From Octopus bimaculoides (taxonomy: Eukaryota): a DNA stretch of 62,722 nucleotides. Shown in pieces: positions 27,122 to 39,148 of this stretch; position 1 is the stretch's first letter, and every line of letters starts with the position of its first letter. Under the pieces are notes generated by a model that was not told where the DNA came from, did no database searches, and was given only the letters and a program-made list of their open reading frames with translations. A program made the translations under genes and the position numbers. Location of the stretch: the NCBI RefSeq assembly GCF_001194135.2, contig NC_068983.1, forward strand, positions 108,130,641 to 108,193,362. Reading direction: 5' to 3'.

Positions 27122-28146
27122 TGGTGGGTGAAAAAATACTGTACAAATTTGAAATAGAAATAACCAGAAATAGAAAACCAAAGAAGACCTGAAAATAAGT
27201 GTTAAACTGATGACATTAGTTTTTAGAATTGTAGATCCACTCACCTGATGCAAGAGAGATAAAAAGGCAACTACTGTTAAAACACACACACATGCATGTA
27301 AACAGTCATGTGCATTTTTACTTTGTTTTAATCAAAAGAAGTATGTATTAATTAGATATGACAGTGCTGACTCTGGAGAAAATTAAAATACCTGTCTAAC
27401 TATGAGAATGCCAAACAAATTCCATATCTTTATCAAGTGAAGTCATACATTTAGACTACATAAAAAACATAGTTTTGCTTAACTGAAATTAAACTAAAAT
27501 GAAAAGGGTAAGGTAACTGTAAAATTTAGGAAGAATTATATTGTTGTATAGAATTAAAAATCATAACCAAATAAAAACAACTATAGAGTAAAATTTTATA
27601 TGTATATGTAACTGATGAATATGTATTTAAAATCATCAACAATAGTTATTTATCCACCAATTAAGAAATACAGCCACCAGTCTCTGGACCAAGCTTGGCA
27701 AGGAATACTCTTTTGTATTAGTGTACATAAGAACTAAAAGCTGAGTTCTAAGTGACTATTTACTAACAAGTACTTTGTTTTTATTTGGTCTTAGACGCAT
27801 ATTCCTCAGTGACTATAGCTTAACAATATATATTTTTTTTGTTTGTCTGAAGGGCTGTTGTGAAATTATATGAGAGTTTTCATAATGAGTCACTGAAGTG
27901 TTTCTTCTGTCTCACTCTCAGTACATTGTTAATACATAAATAGTATTAGTAGGTACCTACTGGACATGCAAACAATATATAACAACTACAGCTACCTTTT
28001 GGAGCAAGGTAAAGTCACTTTGCATATTTGATCATCATCAACTTGTGGTTAGAGAGGGAGAGAGAGTCAAGTGCTAATGTAGGAGCCTCTAAAGGGTTGC
28101 TCAACTTGTTAGAAATAGCAGTCAAAAATCTCTCAAAATACCCTAC

Positions 28147-28264
28147 CATCACAATTTGAAGTACAATATATTCAAGATAGTTTTTGGATGTATTATGTTT
28201 CAAACAGAAAGGATGATCACAATTTGGACCCTTTCGAACATAAATTTGCTCAATATGGGTTAAC
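28147..28264 (-). CDS. Candidate coding exon, 118 nt, phase 2-0 (LTHIEQIYVRKGPNCDHPFCLKHNTSKNYLEYIVLQIVM)
   Basis: Acceptor ttcttattgttaagccccag, donor ATG|gtaggg, only one frame open, inside tracked ORF 28015..28287. Confidence 0.35.
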
Positions 28265-28752
28265 CTGGGGCTTAACAATAAGAACAAGTCATCAATCTTT
28301 ATGTTGCCAATTATTTTCCATACTTTTGTAAATATAGGCCAACAGAAAGTATTAAGATGTTTAGTATAAGTTATATACAGAATGTCTCACAGACACACAA
28401 AAAAGTATGTTGGAAACTACAATAAAATGCACTTCTATATAATGGTTAAGTGACATATAATTCAACACTTTCTATACAGAATAAGATCTGATTTTGGTAA
28501 TCTAGATTAGGCTCAGGATCCTGTCATTAATACTTTACATTTATTAACAAAAAACTGTTTAACTATCATTCTTCTCATCTTGTTATCTAGTCTACTAATC
28601 AATTTTCAAAACCTATCATGAGATGTAGTAAACAAGTATTTCCGCACAGCACAAAACAAAGAAGAAACAGAATAAATTTTTTTTAAACCTTTAGCAGTGA
28701 TGCATATATTTATATGTGCACTCTTGCATTCTACGGCACAAACATTGCTTAC

Positions 28753-28794
28753 CTTCTTACAAAGTTAAGTTGCAATAATATCCAAATAAAAGAA
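28753..28794 (-). CDS. Candidate exon, 42 nt, phase 2-2 (SFIWILLQLNFVR)
   Basis: Strong acceptor gttttctttctcag and donor AAG|gtaagc; the only open frame is phase-compatible with 28147-28264. Confidence 0.35.
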
Positions 28795-29072
28795 CTGAGA
28801 AAGAAAACTTCAGATAAAGAATCATTTTTTTTATAAAAAGAAGGCAGATTTCTACTTCTCAATATATTGTATAGATTGATTAAGTCAAAACTTGTGCCAG
28901 AATTGCTACAAAATTATATTCATTTCTTCAACTTAAGATGCCAAGAATAGAAAGTCATCCTGGTTTTGCAGATATTGTTACTCTATTCAACCTTAAGGAA
29001 GCAAACTTAAGAAAATAAAGGAACAGAACAAGAATATATTGAGCACTTAATACTAGTCCTGATTTAGCTTAC

Positions 29073-29114
29073 CCATCATGTGCCTTAGCTCTGTACTGAG
29101 GTACTTGATAGAAG
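29073..29114 (-). CDS. Candidate exon, 42 nt (FYQVPQYRAKAHDG in phase 2-2)
   Basis: Donor TGG|gtaagc, moderate acceptor caatcatgtag; two frames open. Confidence 0.15.
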
Positions 29115-31069
29115 CTACATGATTGACAAGTAACTCCTTGTTTCAAATTTATACAAAGCTGAATTCTATTTCAACATGCTATTACTTCAAAGTTCAATGT
29201 TGTAAAACAGCTAGGCATTAATACTCTCTGGTCATAAACTATTTCACCAAGTTATCATAGTATCATTTAATCTTTAATGAGATTGCTTAAATCTTGTTCA
29301 ATCAACCATATGCCAATTATTAGTGGGATAAGATGGCTGAAAAATGCAAGAAATGTGCTTTTACATATAAATATGCTCACCCATTAAACATTGTTTAACA
29401 CTGAATTTAAAAAAGAACAAAATATTTAGGCCACAGACTACTGCATGTAAAACAGTAAACTTGCTTATCTGAATGAAGGTAAGATGTGTAACATTAAAAG
29501 TTTATGCTAAATATCTTATGTCATATCAATCAGAATAACAATAAAACAAAAATAAACCTGGGATTATTTGTCTTTTTTTTTCTTGGTTGTTGTTGCTTTT
29601 AATTTCTCTAAACTGGAAAGTCTAAAGCATCTCTAATTCTTTGTCCAATACAAATGTTATTAAAATTTCAGCAAAATGTTTTTTCAGAAAAAAGAAAAGT
29701 AAATTGAATCCAATTTTATATAGGTGTTGTGTTATAATTTTGACTCATTTTAATTTATGCCTATTGATAAACTTTATCAGGTTTTCATATAGTTTGAATG
29801 TTGTTAGATTTGTAAGTTATTAAATGAATATAATACAGCTAAGGCAACTGAGGAGACTTATAAAAAATTCAAATCAACTTTTAATATTACTTCCCAAAAA
29901 TATTGAGCAATTTATAATTCCAACATGTTTGTACTTTACCTTGATAGATTTCACATCTTTAAACAATAACACATCACTTGAATTGGTAGAGATCTATTCT
30001 AGAAATAAAATTCAAATGAACATGTAATGCTATGACGTAAGTCATAGCAAGAGCTGCTGCTTGCTGAAACCCCATTGAAAATATTTTATGAACAAGCAAT
30101 ACTATAAGCAATTGTTCAATACTACAAATTCATTACAGAAATCAATCTTTACTATAGAGAACATGACATTTTAGTGATATGTAATAAATATGAATATTGC
30201 AGTGATCATTAATCAAAACCCTACAAAACAAATGTCCTGCTCTTTAAAGAAAAATCTATTGGAACCAAATCACTTTTTATTAAATTACTGAAATGCTGTA
30301 ATTATTTTAAAAAGAATATACATACTGGAGTGGTATTTTTTAATCAATCAAATGAAAATAACTGGCCAATGAGAAATTTTGTGTCTTTTACTGATAGACA
30401 AATAAGTTATAAGAATAATTTTGTATTAAACTATTGAACAGAACCAAAATAAAGATATACAAAAAACAAATAGAATATTATTATTCAATACATTTTCTCA
30501 GTTCTGTTGATTTTTACAAAGTTACCAATAATTGTACCTTTATTATAGAAAAAAATAACAGTGTTGGAAAAAATCATGGGAATAGTAGTTTTAGTAAACA
30601 GGTATTAAATAGAAGAAAATAACTTAATGATTATTAAAATAAGTTTCAATAGAACTTGGGTGAAAAGCACAAGTTAATAATTGAGAAACCAAAAACAAAA
30701 ACATTTAATTGCATCATACGTAATAGGTTGCAACTGAATGTGAAAGAAGCTGGTTGCATCAGCATAAAATAGCTTATATGTATTCTTTTTCCATCACCTA
30801 AAATGATATTCATTGCTACAGAATTTCAGAAATTATTCAGACATCTTTCATAAATTATAATTATGTTATAATAGTTAAAACTTAAAGAGGATATACCATG
30901 AAATTTAAGTTGAAATTATTGCACACAGTACATTAAAGTTAGTAGATAAAAGAAAAATATCACATTTCTTTTTTATTATAAACTTTAAACATAAAATGCC
31001 ACATTTACTAAAATCTTAAACAGCAAATTGATGTATACATTACCAATGAAAACAGCAAACGTGTATAAG

Positions 31070-31104
31070 ACTTACCTAAAAGCAAAAAAGAAAAAGAGAA
31101 AAAG
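31070..31104 (-). promoter_or_regulatory. Putative recursive splice site (zero-length exon) ...tttttgcttttAG|GTAAGT
   Basis: Minus strand reads ctttttctctttttcttttttgcttttaggtaagtc: long pyrimidine tract, AG at 31077-31076, then a consensus donor at 31075. Confidence 0.45.
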
Positions 31105-32055
31105 ATATAAAAATTTGATTATGTCTAATATATATTAAAGAGGAAAACAATTTGTATGTATACACACTTCAAAAATATATCTTTAATAAAACAAAATTAT
31201 TTCATTTGATAGATAATAAATCAAGATTTCATTTTAAAACTTCTTTAATGAATGTCTGTCATGAAATACCATTCAAAACAATCTTTCAATTTTTAAAGCA
31301 AACGTAGATCTTTTTCTATAACACTCACACTTAAAAGAATTCGTTTGGTACATTCAGCATAACCATTTGATAATCTGGTTACCATATAATGCCTCCATTA
31401 ATCTAATAATATTCATTATTAGTTTGATGTGGATAAATCACACAATTTGTTTAACACCCACAGTTTCATTGTTTCTAAATTACTAATTTCCAGTCTTGCT
31501 TTGCTTTCTCTATATGTTCCTTTTAACTTCAGCACACCCTACACTGAATCAGAAACTAACAATCACAATCAGTCTTTCATAATCTTTTTTGTTCTTTATT
31601 GGTTTGAAGATGCAAAGTAAAGATATACATTAATACACAAATCTAAATGCAGATAAATAAATACATCTTACATCCTAATTAGATCATAATTAATACTGTT
31701 CCAAAATTCTCATGCTAATCATGTTCATGTGAAGCTAAAGAATAAATGTCAAAAAAAAGACAAAGTTACAAAATATGCATCACATTCAACCATGGCTAGA
31801 ATACAATTCTAGTAGGGCTGATTTCAGATATTGTAGGCACTGTGCATCATCTTGAAAAAGTTATTTTTTCCAGTTCTATTAATTATCATCAAACTTACAA
31901 ATAAACTCATAGACTTATTTCACTTCAGATTTACTTGTCTTTAACATGGCTTAATGAAATAACTTCCTACTCAATCTCTGTAGATCCAAAAGCAGCAGTT
32001 CCTAAAGTTCAGGATTTAATCTCCATCTGAATTCTAATCATCATATAGTTTCTTA

Positions 32056-32157
32056 TAATAATAATAATAATAATTAGACGAAGAAGAAGAAGAACAACAA
32101 CAACAACAACAACGACAACGACAACGACAACAACAACAACAACAACAACAATAATAA
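32056..32157. repeat. Compound trinucleotide microsatellite (TAA)/(GAA)/(CAA)/(CGACAA)
   Basis: Direct reading. Confidence 0.95.
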
Positions 32158-32545
32158 GCATGCCTCGGTGAAGAAAGAACATGTATGATAATTGATATAG
32201 CATGCCCCAGTGACAACAGGATCAATGTGAAAGAAAAAGAAAAAATAAACAACTATGACGATTTGAAGAAGGAAATATGAAGGTTGTGGTCAATGAAGAG
32301 AGTAGATGTGATACCAAAAGTAATTGGTGCACTTGGAAGTATCAGCACTCAACTACCAACATGACTGAAAAAGATCGGCACAAGTGTGAAGGTAGAACAG
32401 CTACAAAAATTAGCATTGCTTGGAGCTGCAAGAATTCTTCACAGGGTTCAAGAAGCATGACCAATAAACAAGTGTCACCTTAGTCTTCTGGCTGTGGACA
32501 GCTGACACTTTCCCTCATACCCAGTAAAATAAGCTGTGAATTTTC

Positions 32546-32548
<3 letters not shown>
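32158..32548 (+). mobile_element. R4/Dong-like non-LTR retrotransposon 3' end (restriction-like endonuclease C-terminus and 3' UTR) followed by a (TAA)n tail
   Basis: Translates as EERTCMIIDIACPSDNRINVKEKEKINNYDDLKKEI*RLWSMKRVDVIPKVIGALGSI...LQKLALLGAARILHRV; two in-frame stops. Confidence 0.85.
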
Positions 32549-32576
<28 letters not shown>

Positions 32577-32582
32577 AATAAT

Positions 32583-33790
32583 CAAGGGGCACAAATACGT
32601 TGGAGTGCTACAAGACAGTAGAATAATGGAAGGAGAAATTAGAGAGAAAGTTACTGAAGGGTGCAATAGAAGAATTAGGAAGGTGCTTAAAACATCATTA
32701 AAACCATAAATACATTGGCTATAACTGTACTGAGATACTCTGTTCCTTTTCTGAAATGGACAAAGATTGAGCTACAGAACTTGGATGGAAGAATGAGAAA
32801 ACTGTCTCCACAATGCACAATGCACTCCACCCTGAAAGTAATACTGGCTGACTCTACCTACCAAGAAAAGTAGCAGAGAATTACTAAATGCAGAAGATAT
32901 GGTTAATACTGCAATACTAGGTCTGGAAAAGAAGTAATGGAAGAGCACTATTGGCAGCCAGAGATACCCAAAAAGTGACCAAAACAGCAGGAGAATTCAA
33001 AAAGAAAGGAAAGAACAATAGAAAAAAAAACAGATGGAAATAAGATGGAACTACATGGCCAATTTATGCAACAAACTGAGAAAGTCAGAAGACTGCTGTC
33101 TCATGTTACAGATGGGAACCTGAAATGAGAAACAGAAATGCTAGTTATAGCTGCTTAGGAACAAGTCCTTAGAACAAGTCTGATATAGGCAAGGATTGAC
33201 AAAACTCAGTCAGACAGCAAATACAGAAACTACAGGAAAGGAGATGAAAGTATCAATCACCTTTTGTGCAAGTGCAGAATACTACTGCAAAAGGAGTATA
33301 AATGCAGACATGACTGTGTAGGCAAAAGAGAGTATTGGAATGATTTCAAAAAGCAGAAATGTGGTTTGAACATGAACCAGAGGCTGTGACAGAAAATGAG
33401 GATTACAAGATCTTGTGGGATTTCCCTGTAAAGACTGAACATATCACTGAAGAAAGAAGACTGGACATTATCATAGGGGACAAAATGAACAGTGTAAGAT
33501 CATAGATTTTGCAATTCCCTATGACAGGAGAGTTGATATCAAAGAAATTGATAAAAAACAAAAAAACTGAGGAATATCAGGATCTAGCCAGAGAACCGAG
33601 GCGGTTGTGTAAGACCAAGGCAGCAAGGTTGTAATTGGTGTACTTGGTACAATACCCAAAATGCTACCTAAAAGACTGAAAGAGACTGAAATTGAAAGTT
33701 GCATTGTTAACCTGCAGAAAAGTACCATCCTATATTCTCAAGAATTCTGAGAAAGATTCTTCAGATTTGAACAGACTTGTCATCAAACTT
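32583..33790 (+). mobile_element. R4/Dong-like non-LTR retrotransposon, 5'-truncated (RT thumb, CCHC region, endonuclease), many lesions
   Basis: GHKYVGVL, VLRYS, HNALHP..LYLPRK, LHGQF, ETEMLVIAA, ESINHLLCKC..KEYKCRHDCV, KILWDFPV, RRLDII, IIDFAIP. Confidence 0.88.
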
Positions 33791-33834
33791 CAAGATAAAA
33801 CATATATTAATAAAAATTAGCATGTGCTAGTGCA

Positions 33835-33981
33835 ATAATAATAATAATAATGATGATGACGATGATGATGATGATGATGATAATCATTATTATTATTATT
33901 ATTATTATCATCATCATCATTATCATTATTATCATTATTATTATTATTATTATTATCATTATTATCATTATCATCATTATT
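33835..33981. repeat. (AAT)/(GAT) run followed by (TAT)/(CAT) run, self-complementary arrangement
   Basis: Direct reading. Confidence 0.9.
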
Positions 33982-34500
33982 AAGTGAGAGAGCAGTCGAT
34001 GTCATCAAAGTGACACTGGGGTAAAATATATGAAACACAGTATACCCATCATGACTACCTGTCTGATAAGGGTACACCAGGCATATGCATCACTACCATA
34101 TGTGTGCAACATGGTGAATTTCATATCAAGATAAACAGTGCATAACCTTGCAGGTGGAGTTCAGTTAGAATTTTCTTCAAGCTGAATAGCCCATCCTGCT
34201 CAATTCCTGAATAAAGATGTTTAAGGATGATGAATGAAACACCCATGTTTCCAGAGGTGAATTATTCAAACCCCAAAGAATTCCTCTCAGCATTTGGCTA
34301 TGATGCTCTCCCACTACTTCTGCTCATGATCAGAGATGCATATATCATCAGCCACTAAGGAACATGCTCAATTAGTTATGGTCAAGCACCTGACAAGCAG
34401 ATCTGTGGTATTGAGCAGATTATTTGCTGTAGCCCATCTTTTATACCAAGACAAAACATATACATGATAACAGTTAAGATCAGAAACCATGAGACCCAGT
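33982..34500. mobile_element. Unclassified interspersed repeat
   Basis: Its end (ctgacaagcagatctgtggtattgagcag...ttttataccaagac) recurs at about 35405-35490; resembles a recalled octopus repeat. Confidence 0.55.
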
Positions 34501-34654
34501 GCCTGTTACTTCATCAAGGTATTGTTGTTATTGTTATTATTATTATTATTAGTGTTTGGGTTGATTTTGTCTATTATTTTTTCGACTTGTGTATTTCTGA
34601 TCTTCTGCCTATGGTAGAAATCATCATTATTATTAAATTATTATAAAATTGTTA

Positions 34655-34812
34655 AGATGCCAGGCAAAATGTTTATCAGTATTCTGCAGCTTTGTTCTGA
34701 GTTCAAATTTTGCCGAGATTAACTTTGCCTTTCTTGACTGATAAATTAAGTACAAGTCAAGTACTGGGGTTGATGTGATCGACTATTTCCGTCTCACAAA
34801 ATTTCAGGCCTT
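34655..34812 (+). mobile_element. SINE family B, 5'-truncated
   Basis: ggcaaaatg...ctgagttcaaattttgccgag...actttgccttt...aaaatttcaggccttgtg. Confidence 0.8.
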
Positions 34813-35054
34813 GTGCTGTTTTTTTTTTGCCAAAACAACAAACTTTCGGGGTTTGTTAATTACATGAACAGATTGTTTCCAGAAGGTTTTTAGAAATTTT
34901 TTGTTGAAAAATGATGTACAAATGTAAACATTCATACAGGAAGCTGACTCATTTAATTTTAGAATAAGTTTTCACAAATATAATGAAGTTGACTTTTATT
35001 TATGCTGGACGGTATAATTATTATTTTTATTATTGTTGTTATTATTAATGCGAA

Positions 35055-35400
35055 ATCGTGATGGCACCTGTGCCCAGTGTCGCCTTTCTGGCACTTGTGC
35101 CCGCGGCATGTGTAAGAACTTTCAAGCGAGATCGTTGCCAGTGCCCCTGGACTGGCTCTTGTGCGGGTGGCACATAAAATACACCATTTCAAGCGTGGCC
35201 GTTGCCAGTACCGCCTGACTGGCCTTCGTGCCGGTGGCACGTAAAAGCACCCACTACACTCTGAGTGGTTGGCGTTAGGAAGGGCATCCAGCTGTAGAAA
35301 CTCTGCCAAATCAGATTGGAGCCTGGTGTAGCCATCTGGTTTCACCAGTCCTCAGTCAAATCGTCCACCCATGCTAGCATGGAAAGCGGACGTTAAACGA
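35055..35400 (+). mobile_element. RTE-tail-like repeat, long form with two internal units of about 60 bp
   Basis: gttgccagt...gactggc...gtggca.(g/a)taaaa.cacc twice, then the same 3' end as 21655. Confidence 0.85.
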
Positions 35401-35644
35401 TCTAAGGTAACTGACAAACAAAGCTGTGATATTGAGCAGAATATTTGTTGTAGCCCGTCTTTTATACCAAGACTAAACATGTACAGGTATAAATATTATT
35501 TTGGTTTGGCTCTTTCAAGTGCTTAGAATCCTCCTGATAATCCTTGCTGTCCATAAGTGACAAACTTTCTGTAGGAGCTCTACCGGGCATTCTATTTCAA
35601 TGTCCTTCAGCCATTTGTCTATATCTTTGCTTACTGTTCCTCTA

Positions 35645-35681
35645 TAATTATTATTATTATTATTATCATTATTGGTAGTGA

Positions 35682-35739
<58 letters not shown>

Positions 35740-35762
35740 CGTGGTGGTGGTGGTGGTGGTGT
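35645..35762. repeat. Stepwise compound microsatellite (TTA) to (TAG) to (TGG)
   Basis: Direct reading. Confidence 0.95.
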
Positions 35763-36157
35763 ATTCAATAATGTTTACAGCACTGACACCACTTCTAATT
35801 TATATTTGAATTTATGCCTATGTATGCATCATCTGGGCCTACCAGCAGATGGTTTTTACACTATCTTGCATATAGTCATGGACAGGCTATTCACTTCCAG
35901 TTTGGTTCAGGAACATAATGTTAAAAATCCACAAAAATGGGAAAACATAGATGACATCAGATGTTTTAACACCCATCACTTTGAGAGTCACCTCCACCAT
36001 GTTAAATCACAGCTTACTAATGGATAAGCAAAGCACATACATTGTATGTGTTTGATAATGTTTGCAACACTAGTGCTTCTTCTAATTCATATTTGAATAT
36101 CATTATAATAATAAATATTATTATGGCTGCTGTTGTTATTGTTATTATTAATTATTA

Positions 36158-36372
36158 TCAAGGTGGCAAATTGGCAGAATTATTAGCAGGCCAGACAAAA
36201 TGCTTGGCAGCATTTTGTCTACCTTTCACATTCTGAGTTCAAATTCTGCCGAGGTCAACTTTGCCTTTTGTCCTTTTGAGGTAAAAAAAAATGAGTACCA
36301 GCTGAACACTGGGGTCAATGTTATCAATATGCCCACTCCCATAATTTTCCTTGTGCCTATAGCAGAAAGAAA
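36158..36372 (+). mobile_element. SINE family B, near full length, with (ATT)/(ATC) tail
   Basis: aaggtggcaaattggcagaat...ctgagttcaaattctgccgaggtcaactttgcc... Confidence 0.85.
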
Positions 36373-36607
36373 GATTATTATTATTATTATTATCATCATC
36401 ATCATCATCATTATTGCTATCATTAGTATTAAGTTTGACATGGAAGCTGCAATTCAGTAACTAACCAACTGTACTTTAAAATAATTTAATAACGGTGCAA
36501 TAACAATAGATACAGCTGCAGTAGAGACTATAAGATAATTGGCCTGTATGTATAAGTATTTCTTCTGTTCTAGTTTACATTTCTCTAATATGAAAAGGCA
36601 TACTTAC

Positions 36608-36662
36608 AAATATGCTCAACATTATTGAATGGGATTGGAAAGTATTTTGGAGGAGTTAGTTT
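36608..36662 (-). CDS. Candidate exon, 55 nt, phase 0-1 (KLTPPKYFPIPFNNVEHI)
   Basis: Very strong acceptor (poly-T then ctatag), donor gtaagt, only one frame open. Confidence 0.35.
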
Positions 36663-37758
36663 CTATAGAAAAAAAAAAAAAAATCAGAAATCAATAGCCT
36701 CATAAACAAAAAACTTCAATGAAATATTGATTACCTGATTTTCTACTAGCTAATTCAAAATAGGAGAAAAAGGGGGTCGACTTAAAAGATAAGTGAGATA
36801 CAATAATAGCAGAAATGTTTTAAATTCCTAGAAAGCATTGAATTTGTCAAGAAGTTGTACAAAATATATGAAATGATTATCAAGTGAGGTTAAGGCATTC
36901 AAATGTATTGATTTCTACTTAAGCGCAAGGTCACAAATCTATAAGGTAGGAGAATCAGATTGTGTGGTGTTCATGCATTTCTTAAGAGCATTAGTAGCAT
37001 AAGAATGTGAACTGAGCTGCAGTTTTGAACAAAAAAAACAGTTTATGAATTTGCTTTGCCAATAGTTTTACATTTGGTTTAATGGTGTTCATCATAAGGA
37101 ATAAAGGCTAAATATGATAGAAGTAAAGCATCACAGTCATTGATTAAGTATATAATGTCACTATAGCAATGATCAGTTATGTATGGTTATTTTTCTTTTC
37201 CTATTTCATGTCATGCATTTTATGAACAATGGCATCATTAGTTCTAGGTTTCCAACAGGTCAGTCACCGATTTACAAATTTCTTTCACAAAACATTGATT
37301 AACTTGAGTCTATTTTAGAAGACACTCAAAGTTCAAAGTAAGATTGAACCAAGATACAGCTGGTTATGAAGCAAACAACACAGCCACATGGCCATCATTG
37401 TAACCATGGTGAAATTAGTTAATTTAGTTTGATTTTCATAATCACTGGTGACCTCAGTTTTTCTATCAGTAAGTTAAAGAGGTTTGCTAAATGTTAGGAG
37501 ATTCTTAATATATTTAAGAAAAATACAGTCCTTCATAAAAAAAGAAAGAGAACAATACAAAAAACAAATAAACTTTACAATGCCAGTATTTTTACTGTTT
37601 TTCTTAATTAAACAATTTCATTTCACTCATATAAAAGGTTTCAAACATTATCCAGTATGTTTTAGAATATATATTCTGTTGCAGTTCATAGGAATGGAAC
37701 TTGGTAACACACAAACCACCCGAAAGACATAAGCAAAGCTTGTTCACAAAGAACTTAC

Positions 37759-37812
37759 CTAGAATCTCAAAACTGAAACCCAAGAAGCCAAACTTCATAT
37801 TATGAAAAAGCC
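37759..37812 (-). CDS. Candidate exon, 54 nt, phase 1-1 (GLFHNMKFGFLGFSFEIL)
   Basis: Acceptor ttaacttgcttcttgacag, donor TAG|gtaagt, only one frame open; not phase-compatible with 36608-36662 directly. Confidence 0.3.
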
Positions 37813-39109
37813 CTGTCAAGAAGCAAGTTAACAAAGATGATACAATATTACAAAGAGCCACCAAACCAGACAAATATTAGACTGGAAAATAGGAACAGAA
37901 ACACAAACACCTAGTCCAACTAACCTTTCATTGTTGTAGTGACACTCTTGTGGCAAAAACATCTTCAAACTAATGAGGAAAACATCATTCCATTAGCACT
38001 GAAGAAACCAAATTTGCAATGGAAGCACAATAAAACTATTATTCAACTACTTCAAACTTTAAATAAATTCTAAATTCTAGTCATTGTAAGCTGAATAAAA
38101 CCTACACATTGATCACCCACAAGCAATAGCAATAACCAAAAACAGAATACCAGTACACTAAACTCCAAATACCAAGAAAATAAGCAAAGTTCAAAAATAC
38201 TTGTTGCTCAATCTGCCACAGAATCTATTATTAACTATGTGACCTAATAGATGGGTCCTCATCTGGAGTTCCTCAATTCTTTTATATATTGTTGCAATTA
38301 TTTTAAACTGTCACATGTCCAAATTTGGCCAAATGCGTTTTCTTCAATATTTATTTTTGCTTGCAATAGCTGGTTCATTTGGTCAAACTATCATGTCTCC
38401 AGCTGCTTTGGATGCCAAGATATCAAAAATTGCCAAAGTGTAGTACAACGGTTTTACTATGGAATGGTGAAAATATTTTTTCGTTTTCTGAAAAAGCAAC
38501 GTTTTGGACATACAACACTTTTGCATAATAGCAACTCTATATAGTTTAAGGTTGATGGCTAGAACAGGTAAGTTAGTTCTCTATAAATGCCACATTAACC
38601 AAATTTCATCCTTTCTTTTCTTCTGTTTTCTTTGGCAGTTGATTTGTTTTGGCTCTAAGGAAGATAGCAGTGTACTATGACTTTCCATTGAATACCTACT
38701 CATCAAACAGCACCTTCGGTGAGCCAGTCACGTTATCAGGGATGAATGATGAATGACTTCCTTCTATATATAGCATGGAGAACAGATATTAAATGATGAT
38801 ATACGATCAATCATAGAAGGGTAGTACAGAAGTCAAAAACAATTCTACATTCTGAAAATGAGGCTTAAATATTCTAGAACCATTGATGATAAGAATGGAA
38901 TTAGGAACTTTTTCATTCCAAATGATATGCAGATATAGATGATGCCAGTGAAGAAAAAAAATCAAATTATACCATAGTTGTGTTTCAATACAACATCGTT
39001 AAAACAAAAACTGATCCCCATATACACAAATATAAACATATATCCAAGTGCAAATGCACACTCACACACACAAATACACACACACAGTAATGAAATAATG
39101 GGACCTTTC

Positions 39110-39148
<39 letters not shown>

